DNA of 64,000 nucleotides, taken from assembly GCA_963807635.1 (NCBI GenBank), contig CAWEDJ010000028.1, positions 32,001 through 96,000 on the forward strand. Reading direction: 5' to 3'. This document shows positions 45,392-55,802 of the stretch, in pieces. The notes under the pieces were generated by a model that saw nothing but the letters and a program-made list of their open reading frames with translations, was not told the origin of the DNA and ran no database searches. Source of the stretch: an uncultured cyanobacterium. Its GTDB lineage: Bacteria; Cyanobacteriota; Cyanobacteriia; Cyanobacteriales; Microcystaceae. A program made the position numbers and the translations under genes. Position 1 is the stretch's first letter. Every line of letters starts with the position of its first letter.

Positions 45392-46347
45392 CGGACAGTC
45401 TCAATGGATTGACCGAAACCAGCGATAATATTGCGATTCACCTTCACATAACCCGATTCAACTCGTTCTAACTGGGGTAATAATTTAATATGAGCCTTCG
45501 CCAGAGAATGAAAGGGAATCGAGGCATAGAGATGATGCTCGGCGTGGTAGGGCATATTCCACATTAAAAACCGAATCGGCCAGAGAGTTAGAGTCGTGCG
45601 GGTATTGGTTAAAGGATTTTTATCATAAGTACAGCCCGTATGTTCCGCCAAAAGAATCATTCGCAAAATCGGTTGCCCGATCGCCAAGGGCAATAACCAA
45701 TAGATTAAAAACCAGGGTTGTTTAAAAAAGATTGAAACGGCGATCGCGAGGAGATAGACTAGTAATTGTAATCGAGTGGAACGAATCACTTCCTGTCGTG
45801 CTGTTTCTGAAATATAGGGACAATTCTCTAATTTTCCTAACGCAATGCGAAAATGCCCTAATATTTTTCCTCGCCACCAGGGAAGCGCGCTAATTTCTAA
45901 CAGGTATTCGCGTAAATTTTGGGGTTTGGGGTCTTCGAGTTCGGGATCTTTATCGGGAATTTGGGTATAACGATGGTGCCATTTGTGATAACGCCGATAA
46001 AAAGTACTGTTATAAAACGACAACAGGCCAGCAAACCAGGCAACGCCGTCATTCAAGCGATTATTCTCAAAGGCCGTGCGATGACTACATTCATGCAAAG
46101 TCGCAAACATCGTCGCCAGACTCAAACCATAAACCACCACCGCAGGAAAGGAAATAAACCAATGACTATTTGTTACCCAGAGATAGACACTGGCAAGGAT
46201 TACTGCTAAATGTCCTAAAAATTGAAGCATTCCTTTAAGATTAGAACGCTCATTCAGAATTTTTAGATCTTCTGGGGAAAGAAGCGGATTAGCTTTGGTC
46301 TTATTATCATTCTCTGGTGGCGATAAAACAGGTTCGGCGATCGACAT
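45388..46347 (-). CDS. Fatty-acid-desaturase-family membrane di-iron enzyme
   Basis: His boxes HECSH, HKWHH, HAEHH. Confidence 0.88.
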   Translation of the reverse strand: MSIAEPVLSPPENDNKTKANPLLSPEDLKILNERSNLKGMLQFLGHLAVILASVYLWVTNSHWFISFPAVVVYGLSLATMFATLHECSHRTAFENNRLNDGVAWFAGLLSFYNSTFYRRYHKWHHRYTQIPDKDPELEDPKPQNLREYLLEISALPWWRGKILGHFRIALGKLENCPYISETARQEVIRSTRLQLLVYLLAIAVSIFFKQPWFLIYWLLPLAIGQPILRMILLAEHTGCTYDKNPLTNTRTTLTLWPIRFLMWNMPYHAEHHLYASIPFHSLAKAHIKLLPQLERVESGYVKVNRNIIAGFGQSIETVR

Positions 46348-46458
46348 TGGGATTAAGGCAGATGAATTGGAGAAAATTCTAGTTTATAGCTTTGGACGGG
46401 CTATGAAGTTGTCATTAAGAATACGAAATTCACAAAGAATGCTTCTGCTTCCTTGTAG

Positions 46459-47984
46459 CAGCAATTCCAAATTCAGAATGTAGCTAAAGACAAAAAAAAC
46501 TCAAGCTTTTTACTGGCAAGGGTTTTACCTTGAAGATTTCCAAGTAAGAAATTAAGAAGAATTGGAAGCAGCAGGAGAAAGGGGGTCATCAAGCATAAAA
46601 TCTAAAAGATGATGCCAGCTTTCAAAGAGTAGATATTTGGTTAAAGAAAGAAAGTCTTGGAAGAATCCCTTACGAGTACAGCGTTGGACGCGAATCCTCT
46701 GGTAACGTTCATCAACCAAACCCAAAACCGTGTGGAAGAGAAAAGCCAGTAGATTGAGAGTGAGCAAAACGGAGGCAAGGTGTTGTTTTCCATGCCCAAA
46801 ATTATGTTCTAAATGATAGCCCCGATTTTTGAGAATATTGTGATTCTCATTCTCCGTGCGCCAACGAGTCCGTCCAGCACGACAGACATCAAGAACGACT
46901 TGAGGGGTGAGAAAATGGTTGGTAATCCAACTATTGTGATGGAGGAGTTGAGCATCGGATTCGCGGTAGACTTTTAGTTCACACCAGTTAACCAACAAAG
47001 CAGGCTGTTGCTCTCGCAGGGGGATTTGATTGAGATAACGACATTGCCAAATCTCAAAATACTTCCCATTCCAGCGTCGGTGTTGAGTAGTTTTGAGTTC
47101 CCCGTTGGCTTCTAAATAGGCTAACCACTCATAAAGTGTGGGATGAGAAGTCGGCAAACAGACGAAGATAAAGTTGAAGTCGTGGTCTAGACTATGCTGA
47201 CAAGTCGGCTGACGACTGAACAAGTCATCCCCTAGTAGCGTTATCTTCTGCCATGCAAACAAACTGGCATGATTACTTATCCAGCGTTTTGCCGCATTTT
47301 GCTCGCAATCCTGTTTTTCCGACCCGTCTTGAGGAGTGATAAATTCAGGAGCTAAGGAGAAAACTGATTCATGGTCTGGGGAAACAATCACTGGTAATAA
47401 TGCTTGATGAAAGTAGGTGACTTTTCCCTGTTTTGACGTTTTGGTTGAACAGCATGGACAATTGACTTTCCCTGAACTGTGATAATTTGTTCCATCCATC
47501 GCCACTAATAGATTTCCCCCCAATATCTCATAAGATTTTAGGAATCCCATGTTTCTCAATGCTTGGTAAATCAACCCAAACAATGGGAATAGACTGCTCG
47601 CTGTTATCCCATCCACAATATTACGAATCTGCTCTACTGTCGGTATTTTGTTTAGTCCAAACAAACTTTGAGCATTATCTCGCCCACAACGACTGTTGAG
47701 TTGACGTTGGTACTCTAAAAATGACTCATTTTGCGTAAAAAAGGCGGCAAATGCACCCAATATCGCCTCTCTTAGACTATATTTCGTTGCGTTACTCGCT
47801 GAGCGCGGGTCATCTATTTTTGCGATAACCTCGTTTAAACACTCCATGATTCCATCAAAACTTAGGTCGGTTACTTTCATTTCACACTCTACAAAACCAG
47901 CAAAAGTTTCTCTTCTTGTTCATAGACCCCTAAATGCGAATACCATTCTGTTTTTGTTTATACCATTTGAATTTGGAATTGCTG
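46459..47984 (-). mobile_element. Complete insertion sequence, ISNCY-like, 1526 bp
   Basis: Perfect 17-bp TIRs CAGCAATTCCAAATTCA (46459-46475 and 47968-47984); 9-bp TSD TCCTTGTAG (46450-46458 and 47985-47993). Confidence 0.95.
46552..47880 (-). CDS. DDE transposase (ISNCY-like)
   Basis: AMDGT, KQDCE, LGDDL, GRTRWRTENE, GYHLEHNFGHG. Confidence 0.92.
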   Translation of the reverse strand: MKVTDLSFDGIMECLNEVIAKIDDPRSASNATKYSLREAILGAFAAFFTQNESFLEYQRQLNSRCGRDNAQSLFGLNKIPTVEQIRNIVDGITASSLFPLFGLIYQALRNMGFLKSYEILGGNLLVAMDGTNYHSSGKVNCPCCSTKTSKQGKVTYFHQALLPVIVSPDHESVFSLAPEFITPQDGSEKQDCEQNAAKRWISNHASLFAWQKITLLGDDLFSRQPTCQHSLDHDFNFIFVCLPTSHPTLYEWLAYLEANGELKTTQHRRWNGKYFEIWQCRYLNQIPLREQQPALLVNWCELKVYRESDAQLLHHNSWITNHFLTPQVVLDVCRAGRTRWRTENENHNILKNRGYHLEHNFGHGKQHLASVLLTLNLLAFLFHTVLGLVDERYQRIRVQRCTRKGFFQDFLSLTKYLLFESWHHLLDFMLDDPLSPAASNSS

Positions 47985-48169
47985 TCCTTGTAGTCTTCTA
48001 GTTGACTTTTTCTGGTTGAGCCTACTCGTTTCGGTTTTAGGTTCCCCTATTATCGTTACAATTTCAGCCATTGATTAACTGTACTCTTATTCACCTTAGG
48101 CGATCGCATTAATTGGATCGCCTTGGTTGGAAACCTCACTCAGAAAGGGGGAAGCTTAGGGCAAAGCTT

Positions 48170-48187
48170 GTTACAATAGTTTACATA
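48170..48187 (+). promoter_or_regulatory. HLR1 (RpaB-binding) site upstream of the ABC1 kinase
   Basis: GTTACAAT-AG-TTTACATA, a perfect match to (G/T)TTACA(T/A)(T/A)-N2-(G/T)TTACA(T/A)(T/A). Confidence 0.68.
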
Positions 48188-48210
48188 GTCTGTATTCTCA
48201 GTGTTCACCT

Positions 48211-50159
48211 ATGATCCAAGCGATGATTACGCCCCCTTCTAACTCTGTGGAACTCGCAGAAGAGATTATTTCCGTAGAAGTACAACCGATTCATATCCCT
48301 CTCGGCCATACCGAAGATTTGGGGCCTGTCAGTGATATGTTCCCCGAAAGCTGGCGTTATCATCCTGAATTAATTACTGAGTTCTATAAACAGCGTCCTT
48401 TACAAGTTTTTGCTCGTTTATTGAATATCATCATCCCCTTTCTCTCCTTTATCGTGAGTTTATGGTGGGATAAATTCTGCGGCAAAGATCCTAAAGGCGA
48501 TCGCAAACGGGCGATTCAACTGCGAGAATTATTAACGAAACTAGGGCCTACCTATATCAAAGTCGGACAAGCCCTCTCCACCCGTCCCGATCTGGTTCCG
48601 CCGATCTATTTAGATGAACTGACGACTTTACAGGATCAACTACCGCCCTTTTCTAATGAAATCGCCTATCAATTAATTGAAGAAGAACTGGGTGCGCACC
48701 CTTCAGAAATCTATGCCGAAATTTCCCCCGAATCCATTGCCGCCGCCTCATTAGGTCAGGTTTATCGAGGAATCCTCAAAACAGGTGAAAAGGTTGCAAT
48801 CAAAGTCCAACGCCCCGATTTGATCAAACGCATCACCCTCGACATTTACATTATGCGATCGCTATCTTTGTGGGCAAATCGCAATGTAAAAAGAGTCCGC
48901 TCTGACTTAGTTGCCATTACCGATGAATTGGCCAGTCGGATTTTTGAAGAAATGAACTATATCCAAGAGGGACGCAACGCCGAAAAATTTGCCCAACTCT
49001 ATGGACACATGAAAGAAATTTACGTTCCCAGTATTTATTGGCAATATAGCGGTCGTCGAGTTTTGACGATGGAATGGATTGAAGGAACAAAATTAACCAA
49101 TATGCGGGCAATTCAAGCTCAGGGGATTGATGCCACCCATTTAGTTGAAGTAGGGGTGCAATGTTCTTTGCGTCAATTATTAGAAAATGGCTTTTTCCAT
49201 GCCGATCCCCATCCTGGAAATTTATTGGCCATGAAAGATGGCCGTTTAGCCTATCTGGATTTTGGCATGATGAGTACGATTAAGCCCTATCAACGCTATG
49301 GTCTAATTGAAGCGGTGGTGCATCTGGTAAATCGAGATTTTGAGTCCCTGACCAGGATTATGTGAATCTAGATTTTCTCAAAGCGGATACGGATCTCAGA
49401 CCGATTGTTCCCGCCCTTTCCCAGGTTTTCGGCAATGCTCTGGGGGCGAGTGTGGCGGAGTTGAATTTCAAAAGTATTACCGATCAAATGTCGGCCATGA
49501 TGTATGAATTTCCCTTTCGAGTTCCCGCCTATTATGCCCTGATTATTCGCTCAATGGTGACGTTAGAAGGGATTGCGATCGGTATTGACCCCAATTTTAA
49601 GGTATTAACGAAAGCCTATCCCTATGTGGCAAAACGGCTTTTAACGGATGAGTCTCCCCAATTACGATCTTCTCTCCAGGACTTGTTATTTCAAGATGGG
49701 AGCTTTCGTTGGAATCGGTTGGAAAATTTGTTAAATAATGCCAAAAATTCTAGTGATTTCGATTTTGATAAGATTTTAGACCAGGCTACTGAGTTTTTGT
49801 TCTCCGATCGCGGTAATTTTATTCGGGAACGGGTGGTCAAGGAATTGATTAATGCGATCGATTTGTTTGGTCGTCGTAGTTGGTTTAATTTGACAACGGG
49901 GATTCGGGAACAGGTGGGTTTGGCTCTCCAGGAAAGGCCGATAGAACTGCAAGATAATGCTAAGACCTTCGAGCATCTTAAGAGTATCTGGCAGATTTTA
50001 CGAAATACGCCAGGTTTTGAGCCGATGAAATTAGTTCCTGTTCTCAGTAAACTGATTACCAATCCTGAAACCCATCGCATGGGCCAACAGGTAGCTGAGG
50101 GTCTAGCCCAAAAAGCGATCGCCCGTTTAATCCGCAATGTGGTCTTAGAGTGGGATTAA
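48211..50159 (+). CDS. AarF/ABC1/UbiB atypical kinase (frameshift ~49352)
   Basis: LGPTYIKVGQ, AAASLGQVY, VAIKVQRP, FHADPHPGN, DFGM. Confidence 0.92.
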
Positions 50160-50166
50160 ATCAGCC

Positions 50167-51298
50167 TTAAAAACTCATGCGTCTGCCCCGATACAGGATT
50201 TGTTCATCGGAGTCGGCCAACACTTCACCCATTTCATCTTCTTCCTCTAGATCGTCCCAGAGGGGAGAAAATGGCACAAAAATCTCGTTGTTTTGGTGAA
50301 TAGATTGAATTTTTTTGACGATGCGTTTGATTTCTACTTCTAATAAGCCCGTTAAAACCTGGCTTGCCTGAATAAATAAAAATGCATCGGGTAAGCAGGG
50401 AGTTAGCATCAAATGACCGTCCGAACTATGGGCCGCGATCGCCTCCCAATCCTGCCATTCCATCTCCGTCTGACTTTTTTTCGCTAAGGCCAACATCCGA
50501 CCCGCCATTCTCAACGCTTGGCTTTCATCCAGACCAATGCCCCTAGTCAGCGATCGCCCCTCTTCGGAAATCAGGATCGCCCCTTGAATGCCCATACCTT
50601 CCTGCACCACATCCTCAAAAATTCGTTCAATCTGGGATGAATTTAATTCTGTCGGGGCAGTAAGTTGGGATTTTTTCTCTGAAATCGTTATTTTTTTGCT
50701 AATTTCTGTCGTTTCAACCGTCAGCTCTAGGAAAGGAACCTCCGTAATATCAGGAATATTTCCCCGATCCGTGACGGGTTCGGGCAGGGCGAGATCATCG
50801 GAACAAACCAAAAGCTTTAAAATTTTCTTTTTTTGGAGATCCCTCTGACTTTTAGCCCTGATTTCTGGAGAAATCACCAACCCCGAACGGGGAGAATTAT
50901 ATTCATCAACGTCGGGAACAATAACATTCTGTAGATTACTTTCTAGGCGTTCCCGTTCAATAAAATAGACTGGCCCCTTTTCCAAATGTCTTAAAAATCT
51001 TTCTAAACGAGCATCATCGAGATTGCCCGTCCAGTAATAGGCCAAAAAATAGGGAATGTGGGAGCGACCGAGTTCATCCCTGCCTTCGTTATATAACCAG
51101 CCAAACAAAAGATGGGTAGCAGAAATCTGATGGAGATAGACCGCCTGATAATCATGACTAGGAGGATTATAGACATTCCAATGTTGATAAACAATGTTCT
51201 GCACAAAAGAATCCTGAATATGAATCGGAATCCGTTGGCTCACCAATAGTTGAAACCCACTATTCGGTAAGGTTGTATAGATCAAATTGGCCAACCAT
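50167..51298 (-). CDS. GAP1-N2-like N-domain fused to a roadblock/LC7 domain
   Basis: LIYT...GFQLL...RDELGR N-domain; IQGAILISEEG...GHLML roadblock-like C-domain; probable ATG 51298 with an extra base near 51285. Confidence 0.6.
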
Positions 51299-51701
51299 TA
51301 AGGACATATTTTCTAGGATTTTAGGAGATGAACAACAACACTGCTCGGAATCTCGTGTTTGAGTCCCTGATTTCAATGGCTTTCACCCAAGAAATTGAAC
51401 AAAGGACTATGGTGCAAATCAGTCAATCATACATTATGCCTGAAACGCGCTTTAGTTCCATCCTAACCCCTAATATAGTAACGGTAAAGCAACACTATAG
51501 CGGTCTTCACAGAAGTAAGATAGTCTCAATGTTTATAAACAAGGGATTTAAACTCCTTGCCCGTCCCTGATTATCGCTTTTGCCTACTCGTTATCCAGGA
51601 TTTTCCAATACCTTGACAAAAATCTGCGCGATCGCGATACCCGTCATAACCACAATCCCAATTAATGACTTAGTTAATTAGGATATAGCTTCTGTGTCAT
51701 C

Positions 51702-53015
51702 ATGAAAATTATTGCCTATATTTATAGTGATCCCCTATTAGAAAAAAAACCTGATATTGCTATTTGGGGATTAGAAGTCGATCGCATCTATGAAGACTTA
51801 GGACAACATCAACAATTAGATATTTTAATTCAAGATTGTCAGATTGAATCCCCTGATTATTTATTACTCCGCCGTTTAGAAGAGTTGGGCAATTCTATGG
51901 CAGAAATCAGCGATCGCCTGAATGAGTTAGAAAAATTAGGCATCGAAATTATTGCTATTGAACAAGATTATCATACATCGCAATTTCAACAGACATTATC
52001 AACGGAGGCACGACAACACTTCACCCAATTATTACAAGAGATTCAAAAAAATCAACGAAGTCAGAAATTACAACAGGGTCATGCCCGCAATCGTCTCAAA
52101 GCCCTGCCGCCCCCTGGAAAAGCTCCCTACGGTTATCGTCGGGGCAAAGACCGCTATATTCTAGACCGTAGCACTGCGCCTGTTGCTAAAGATTTTTTTG
52201 AACAATTTTTGCGGTTTGGCTCGTTGCGGGGAGCCGTTCGTTATTTAGAAAAACGCTATGGCAAAAAAATTTCCGTTTCTACGGGTCAACGTTGGCTCAC
52301 GAATCCTGTCTATCGAGGGGATCTGGCCTATCAAAATCAGGATATTATTGCCGATACCCATGTCGCAATTATTTCTAGGGAAGAAGCCGCCCAAATTGAG
52401 CGATTACTCAGGCGAAATGCAACCATGCCCGCTCGGACTGCCAGTGCGCCCCGTTCTTTGGCGGGTTTAGTGTTTTGTCAAAGCTGTCAATCCCCCCAGA
52501 CGATCACCCGTGTAACCAGACGCAATCAAAACCAAGAATATCTCTATCTACGACCCCGCCATTGTCCCTTAGAAAAAAAATGTTCCGCGATCGCCTACGA
52601 AGAAATTTTGAGGTTAACGATTGAAAAAATTTGCCAAGAGTTACCCCCGACCGTTGCCCAATTAAACTTACCCAATTTAGATTTTGTTAAAAATAATTTA
52701 ATCGAAAAAATTCAACAAAAACAAGGAATCATTGAGCAGTTGCCTTTATTAAAAGAACAAGGAATTTTAGACCAAGAAACCCTAGAGTTAAGAACCTATA
52801 CTTTAAAAACCGAAATTTCTAAATTACGGAGTCAGTTAGACCAATTGCCCCCAGGAGATTTAAAAATGATTGTCAAAGCGGTTTCCCTTTCTCAATTTTG
52901 GTTAGATCTATCCGAAACGGAACGACGGTTTTATTTTCGAGAATTCATCAACAAGATCGAAATTATTCGCACAGAATCAAAGGATTGGGCATTAAATCTG
53001 GTTTTTGTTTTTTAA
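51702..53015 (+). CDS. Large serine recombinase-family protein with divergent catalytic motif
   Basis: PPPGKAPYGY, WLTNPVYRG, HVAIISRE, LAGLVFCQSC Zn ribbon, coiled coil, FINKIEI. Confidence 0.85.
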   Translation: MKIIAYIYSDPLLEKKPDIAIWGLEVDRIYEDLGQHQQLDILIQDCQIESPDYLLLRRLEELGNSMAEISDRLNELEKLGIEIIAIEQDYHTSQFQQTLSTEARQHFTQLLQEIQKNQRSQKLQQGHARNRLKALPPPGKAPYGYRRGKDRYILDRSTAPVAKDFFEQFLRFGSLRGAVRYLEKRYGKKISVSTGQRWLTNPVYRGDLAYQNQDIIADTHVAIISREEAAQIERLLRRNATMPARTASAPRSLAGLVFCQSCQSPQTITRVTRRNQNQEYLYLRPRHCPLEKKCSAIAYEEILRLTIEKICQELPPTVAQLNLPNLDFVKNNLIEKIQQKQGIIEQLPLLKEQGILDQETLELRTYTLKTEISKLRSQLDQLPPGDLKMIVKAVSLSQFWLDLSETERRFYFREFINKIEIIRTESKDWALNLVFVF

Positions 53016-53305
53016 AATCTCACCAATACAATTTGGTGAACTATTCTGGATAATTTACTTTATTTTACCGTTGACTCTAACCCTAAAAAAGACAGGTGCA
53101 ACTTCTCTAAATCGTATAATCTCGGTCACGAAGTATGCCTACGGCATCGCCTAGCGTTAGTTTATGGGCGCGACATTCCCCTCTCAAGCCTAACTTTGAT
53201 AAAATGAATAGACAAATAACTTAATTTTTCAGGGTTGACCCCTTTGATTAAGTCTCGCTCTCAGCCCAGCTCCATATTAAATCCCTAATAATTCCGTAAA
53301 TTCCC

Positions 53306-55231
53306 ATGTTTAAGACCCTTTTTGGCGATCCTAATACCCGTAAATTAAAGAAATTTCAGCCCTACATAGCCGAAGTCAATGTCATCGAAGAAGATATGGT
53401 CGCTTTATCCGATGATGAACTGAAGCAAAAGACGATCGCCTTTCGGGAATTGTTGGACAAGGCAAAAACGGACGAAGAAACCGAGGATATTTTGGACGAA
53501 ATCTTGCCCGAAGCCTTTGCTGTGGTGCGAGAAGCGGGAAAACGGGTCTTGGGGATGCGCCACTTTGATGTGCAATTATTGGGTGGCATCATTCTCCACA
53601 AGGGACAAATTGCTGAAATGAAAACAGGGGAGGGAAAAACCCTGGTCGCAACCCTGCCTGCCTACCTCAATGGCTTGACGGGAAAAGGGGTTCATGTTGT
53701 CACCGTTAACGATTATCTCGCCCGACGGGATGCGGAATGGATGGGACAAATTCATCGCTTTTTAGGTTTGAGTGTGGGATTAGTCCAATCGGCGATGAGT
53801 CCCGAAGAAAGGAAGAAAAATTATGCCTGTGATGTCACCTATACGACTAATAGTGAATTAGGCTTCGATTATCTCCGCGATAATATGGCTACCTCCATGC
53901 AGGAAGTCGTTCAACGTCCTTTTAATTACTGTGTGATCGATGAAGTCGATTCTATTTTGATTGATGAAGCGCGCACACCGTTGATCATTTCAGGGCAAGT
54001 CGAACGTCCAACAGAAAAATATTTACAGGCTTCTGAGATCGCGGCCCAACTCACTAAGGATGAGGATTACGAAGTTGACGAAAAACAACGTAATGTCTTG
54101 ATGACCGATGAGGGTTTTGAAAAGGCTGAAAATTTATTGAAAACGAGTGATCTCTTTGATAAGGACGATCCCTGGGCTCACTACATTTTTAATGCGGTCA
54201 AAGCGAAGGAATTATTCATCAAAGATGTTAACTATATCGTCCGCGATAATGAAGTGGTAATTGTCGATGAATTCACGGGACGGATCATGGTCGGTCGTCG
54301 TTGGAGTGATGGTTTGCATCAGGCGATCGAAGCCAAGGAACGGGTGGAAATTCAACGGGAAAGCCAAACCCTGGCAACCATTACCTATCAAAATTTCTTC
54401 TTGCTTTATCCCAAATTATCGGGAATGACGGGGACAGCCAAAACAGAAGAAACGGAATTAGAAAAAGTTTACAACCTCCAAGTAACGATTACGCCGACCA
54501 ATCGCCCTTCGGGTCGTCAGGATTGGCCTGATGTGGTTTACAAAACCGAAGAAGCGAAATGGAAAGCGGTTGCCCTGGAGTGTCAGGAACTCCACGCAGA
54601 AGGTCGCCCGATCTTGGTGGGAACAACCAGTGTGGAAAAGTCTGAAGTGATCGCGAGTCTCTTGAATGAGTTGGAAATTCCCCACAATATCCTGAATGCA
54701 CGACCTGAGAATGTGGAACGGGAATCGGAAATTATTGCCCAAGCAGGACGGAAAGGAACTGTTACCATTGCCACCAATATGGCGGGTCGGGGTACGGATA
54801 TTATTTTGGGGGGAAATTCGGATTATATGGCTCGCTTGAAAGTGCGGGAATATTTGATGCCGAAGATTGTTCGTCCAGAGGATGATGAGTTGGGCTTTAG
54901 TCCCCAAGGTTTTGGAGGACGCGATCGCCCAGAGGGTTTTGGTCAGGAGAAGAAAAAGAAAACTTGGCGCGTTTCTAAGGATATTTTTCCAACGGAAATT
55001 TCGGCAGAAGCGGAAACAATGCTAAAGGAAGTGGTAAAGTTCGCCGTCTCTGAATACGGTGAGCAGAGTTTGACGGAACTAGAGGCAGAGGAAAAACTCG
55101 CGGTTGCGGCGGAAAAAGCTCCTACCGATGAGCCAGCGATTCAAAAGCTACGGGAAGTTTATAACCTAATTCGTAAGGAATACGAGAAATTTACCAGTGC
55201 AGAACATCAAGAAGTGATCAATCTCGGTGGC
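53306..55231 (+). CDS. secA: Preprotein translocase SecA, truncated at the junction
   Basis: [36 protein letters not shown]; ends at EVINLGG just before the invariant LHVIGTERHESRR. Confidence 0.96.
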
Positions 55232-55260
55232 TGCTCCGCCGTCCTGACTTGCTTCTGCCG

Positions 55261-55267
55261 TTAAAAG
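55261..55267 (+). promoter_or_regulatory. Archaeal TATA box of pilin 1
   Basis: TTAAAAG 31 nt before ATG 55292. The same box recurs at 55768, 58204, 58726 and (TTAAAAC) 62306, each 29-35 nt before an ATG. Confidence 0.75.
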
Positions 55268-55291
55268 GTGAAACAAATCTAGTCCCCGGCA

Positions 55292-55723
55292 ATGTTCACC
55301 ACGCAACGAAGAGCAATCAGCCCACTTCTCGCTACGGTCATCCTGATCGCCATATGCATCGCTGGAGGCCTGATGGTCTACGCACTCTTCAGCACTTCAA
55401 TGAACACGGCGAGCTCGAAGGCGCAGCTCAACGTAGTGTCTTCACAGCTCGAAAGCGGCAGCCTCATCCTGAACGTGCAGAACGCAGGCAGCAAACCGGT
55501 AACCTCGCTGGCGATGACGGCGCCATCAAGTCTGACGAACTCGACGGAACCTACGATCTCGCCCACCCCGTCAGCAGTCGCCCCGCTCACGCCGGGCCAG
55601 TCGGCCAGCATAACAGTCAGCTACACAGGCGACACCATCGGCAACAGCTACACGTTCGTCCTGACGGCGACCTTCTCCGACGGCTCCGTGTTCAGCTACG
55701 CGGTCCAGGTAACGGATACATAG
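55292..55723 (+). CDS. Archaeal type IV pilin 1 (143 aa)
   Basis: Class III signal RRA|ISPLLATVILIAI; beta-rich domain with NVQNAGS.P, LTPGQS, GNSYTF, FSDGS. Confidence 0.9.
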   Translation: MFTTQRRAISPLLATVILIAICIAGGLMVYALFSTSMNTASSKAQLNVVSSQLESGSLILNVQNAGSKPVTSLAMTAPSSLTNSTEPTISPTPSAVAPLTPGQSASITVSYTGDTIGNSYTFVLTATFSDGSVFSYAVQVTDT

Positions 55724-55802
55724 ACGGGCAAAGCGAACGCCGCAGCGACTCCACCCTCCTTTTTCTGTTAAAAGTGCCCCCAGCATCATCTGTCGAGACA
55801 AG

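Noticed and set aside
46350..48110. Riboswitch in the reconstructed operon leader
   Set aside because: After removing the IS I could not match guanidine, xanthine, purine or glutamine riboswitch consensus by eye; an Rfam scan would settle it.
51328..51570. 80-aa ORF
   Set aside because: No recognisable motif; it lies in a divergent promoter region and includes a REP-like palindrome (CAAGGGATTTAAACTCCTTG).
55232..55264. SecA C-terminal [10 protein letters not shown] as a Cys/Zn tail
   Set aside because: Chance read-through into foreign DNA after the junction.
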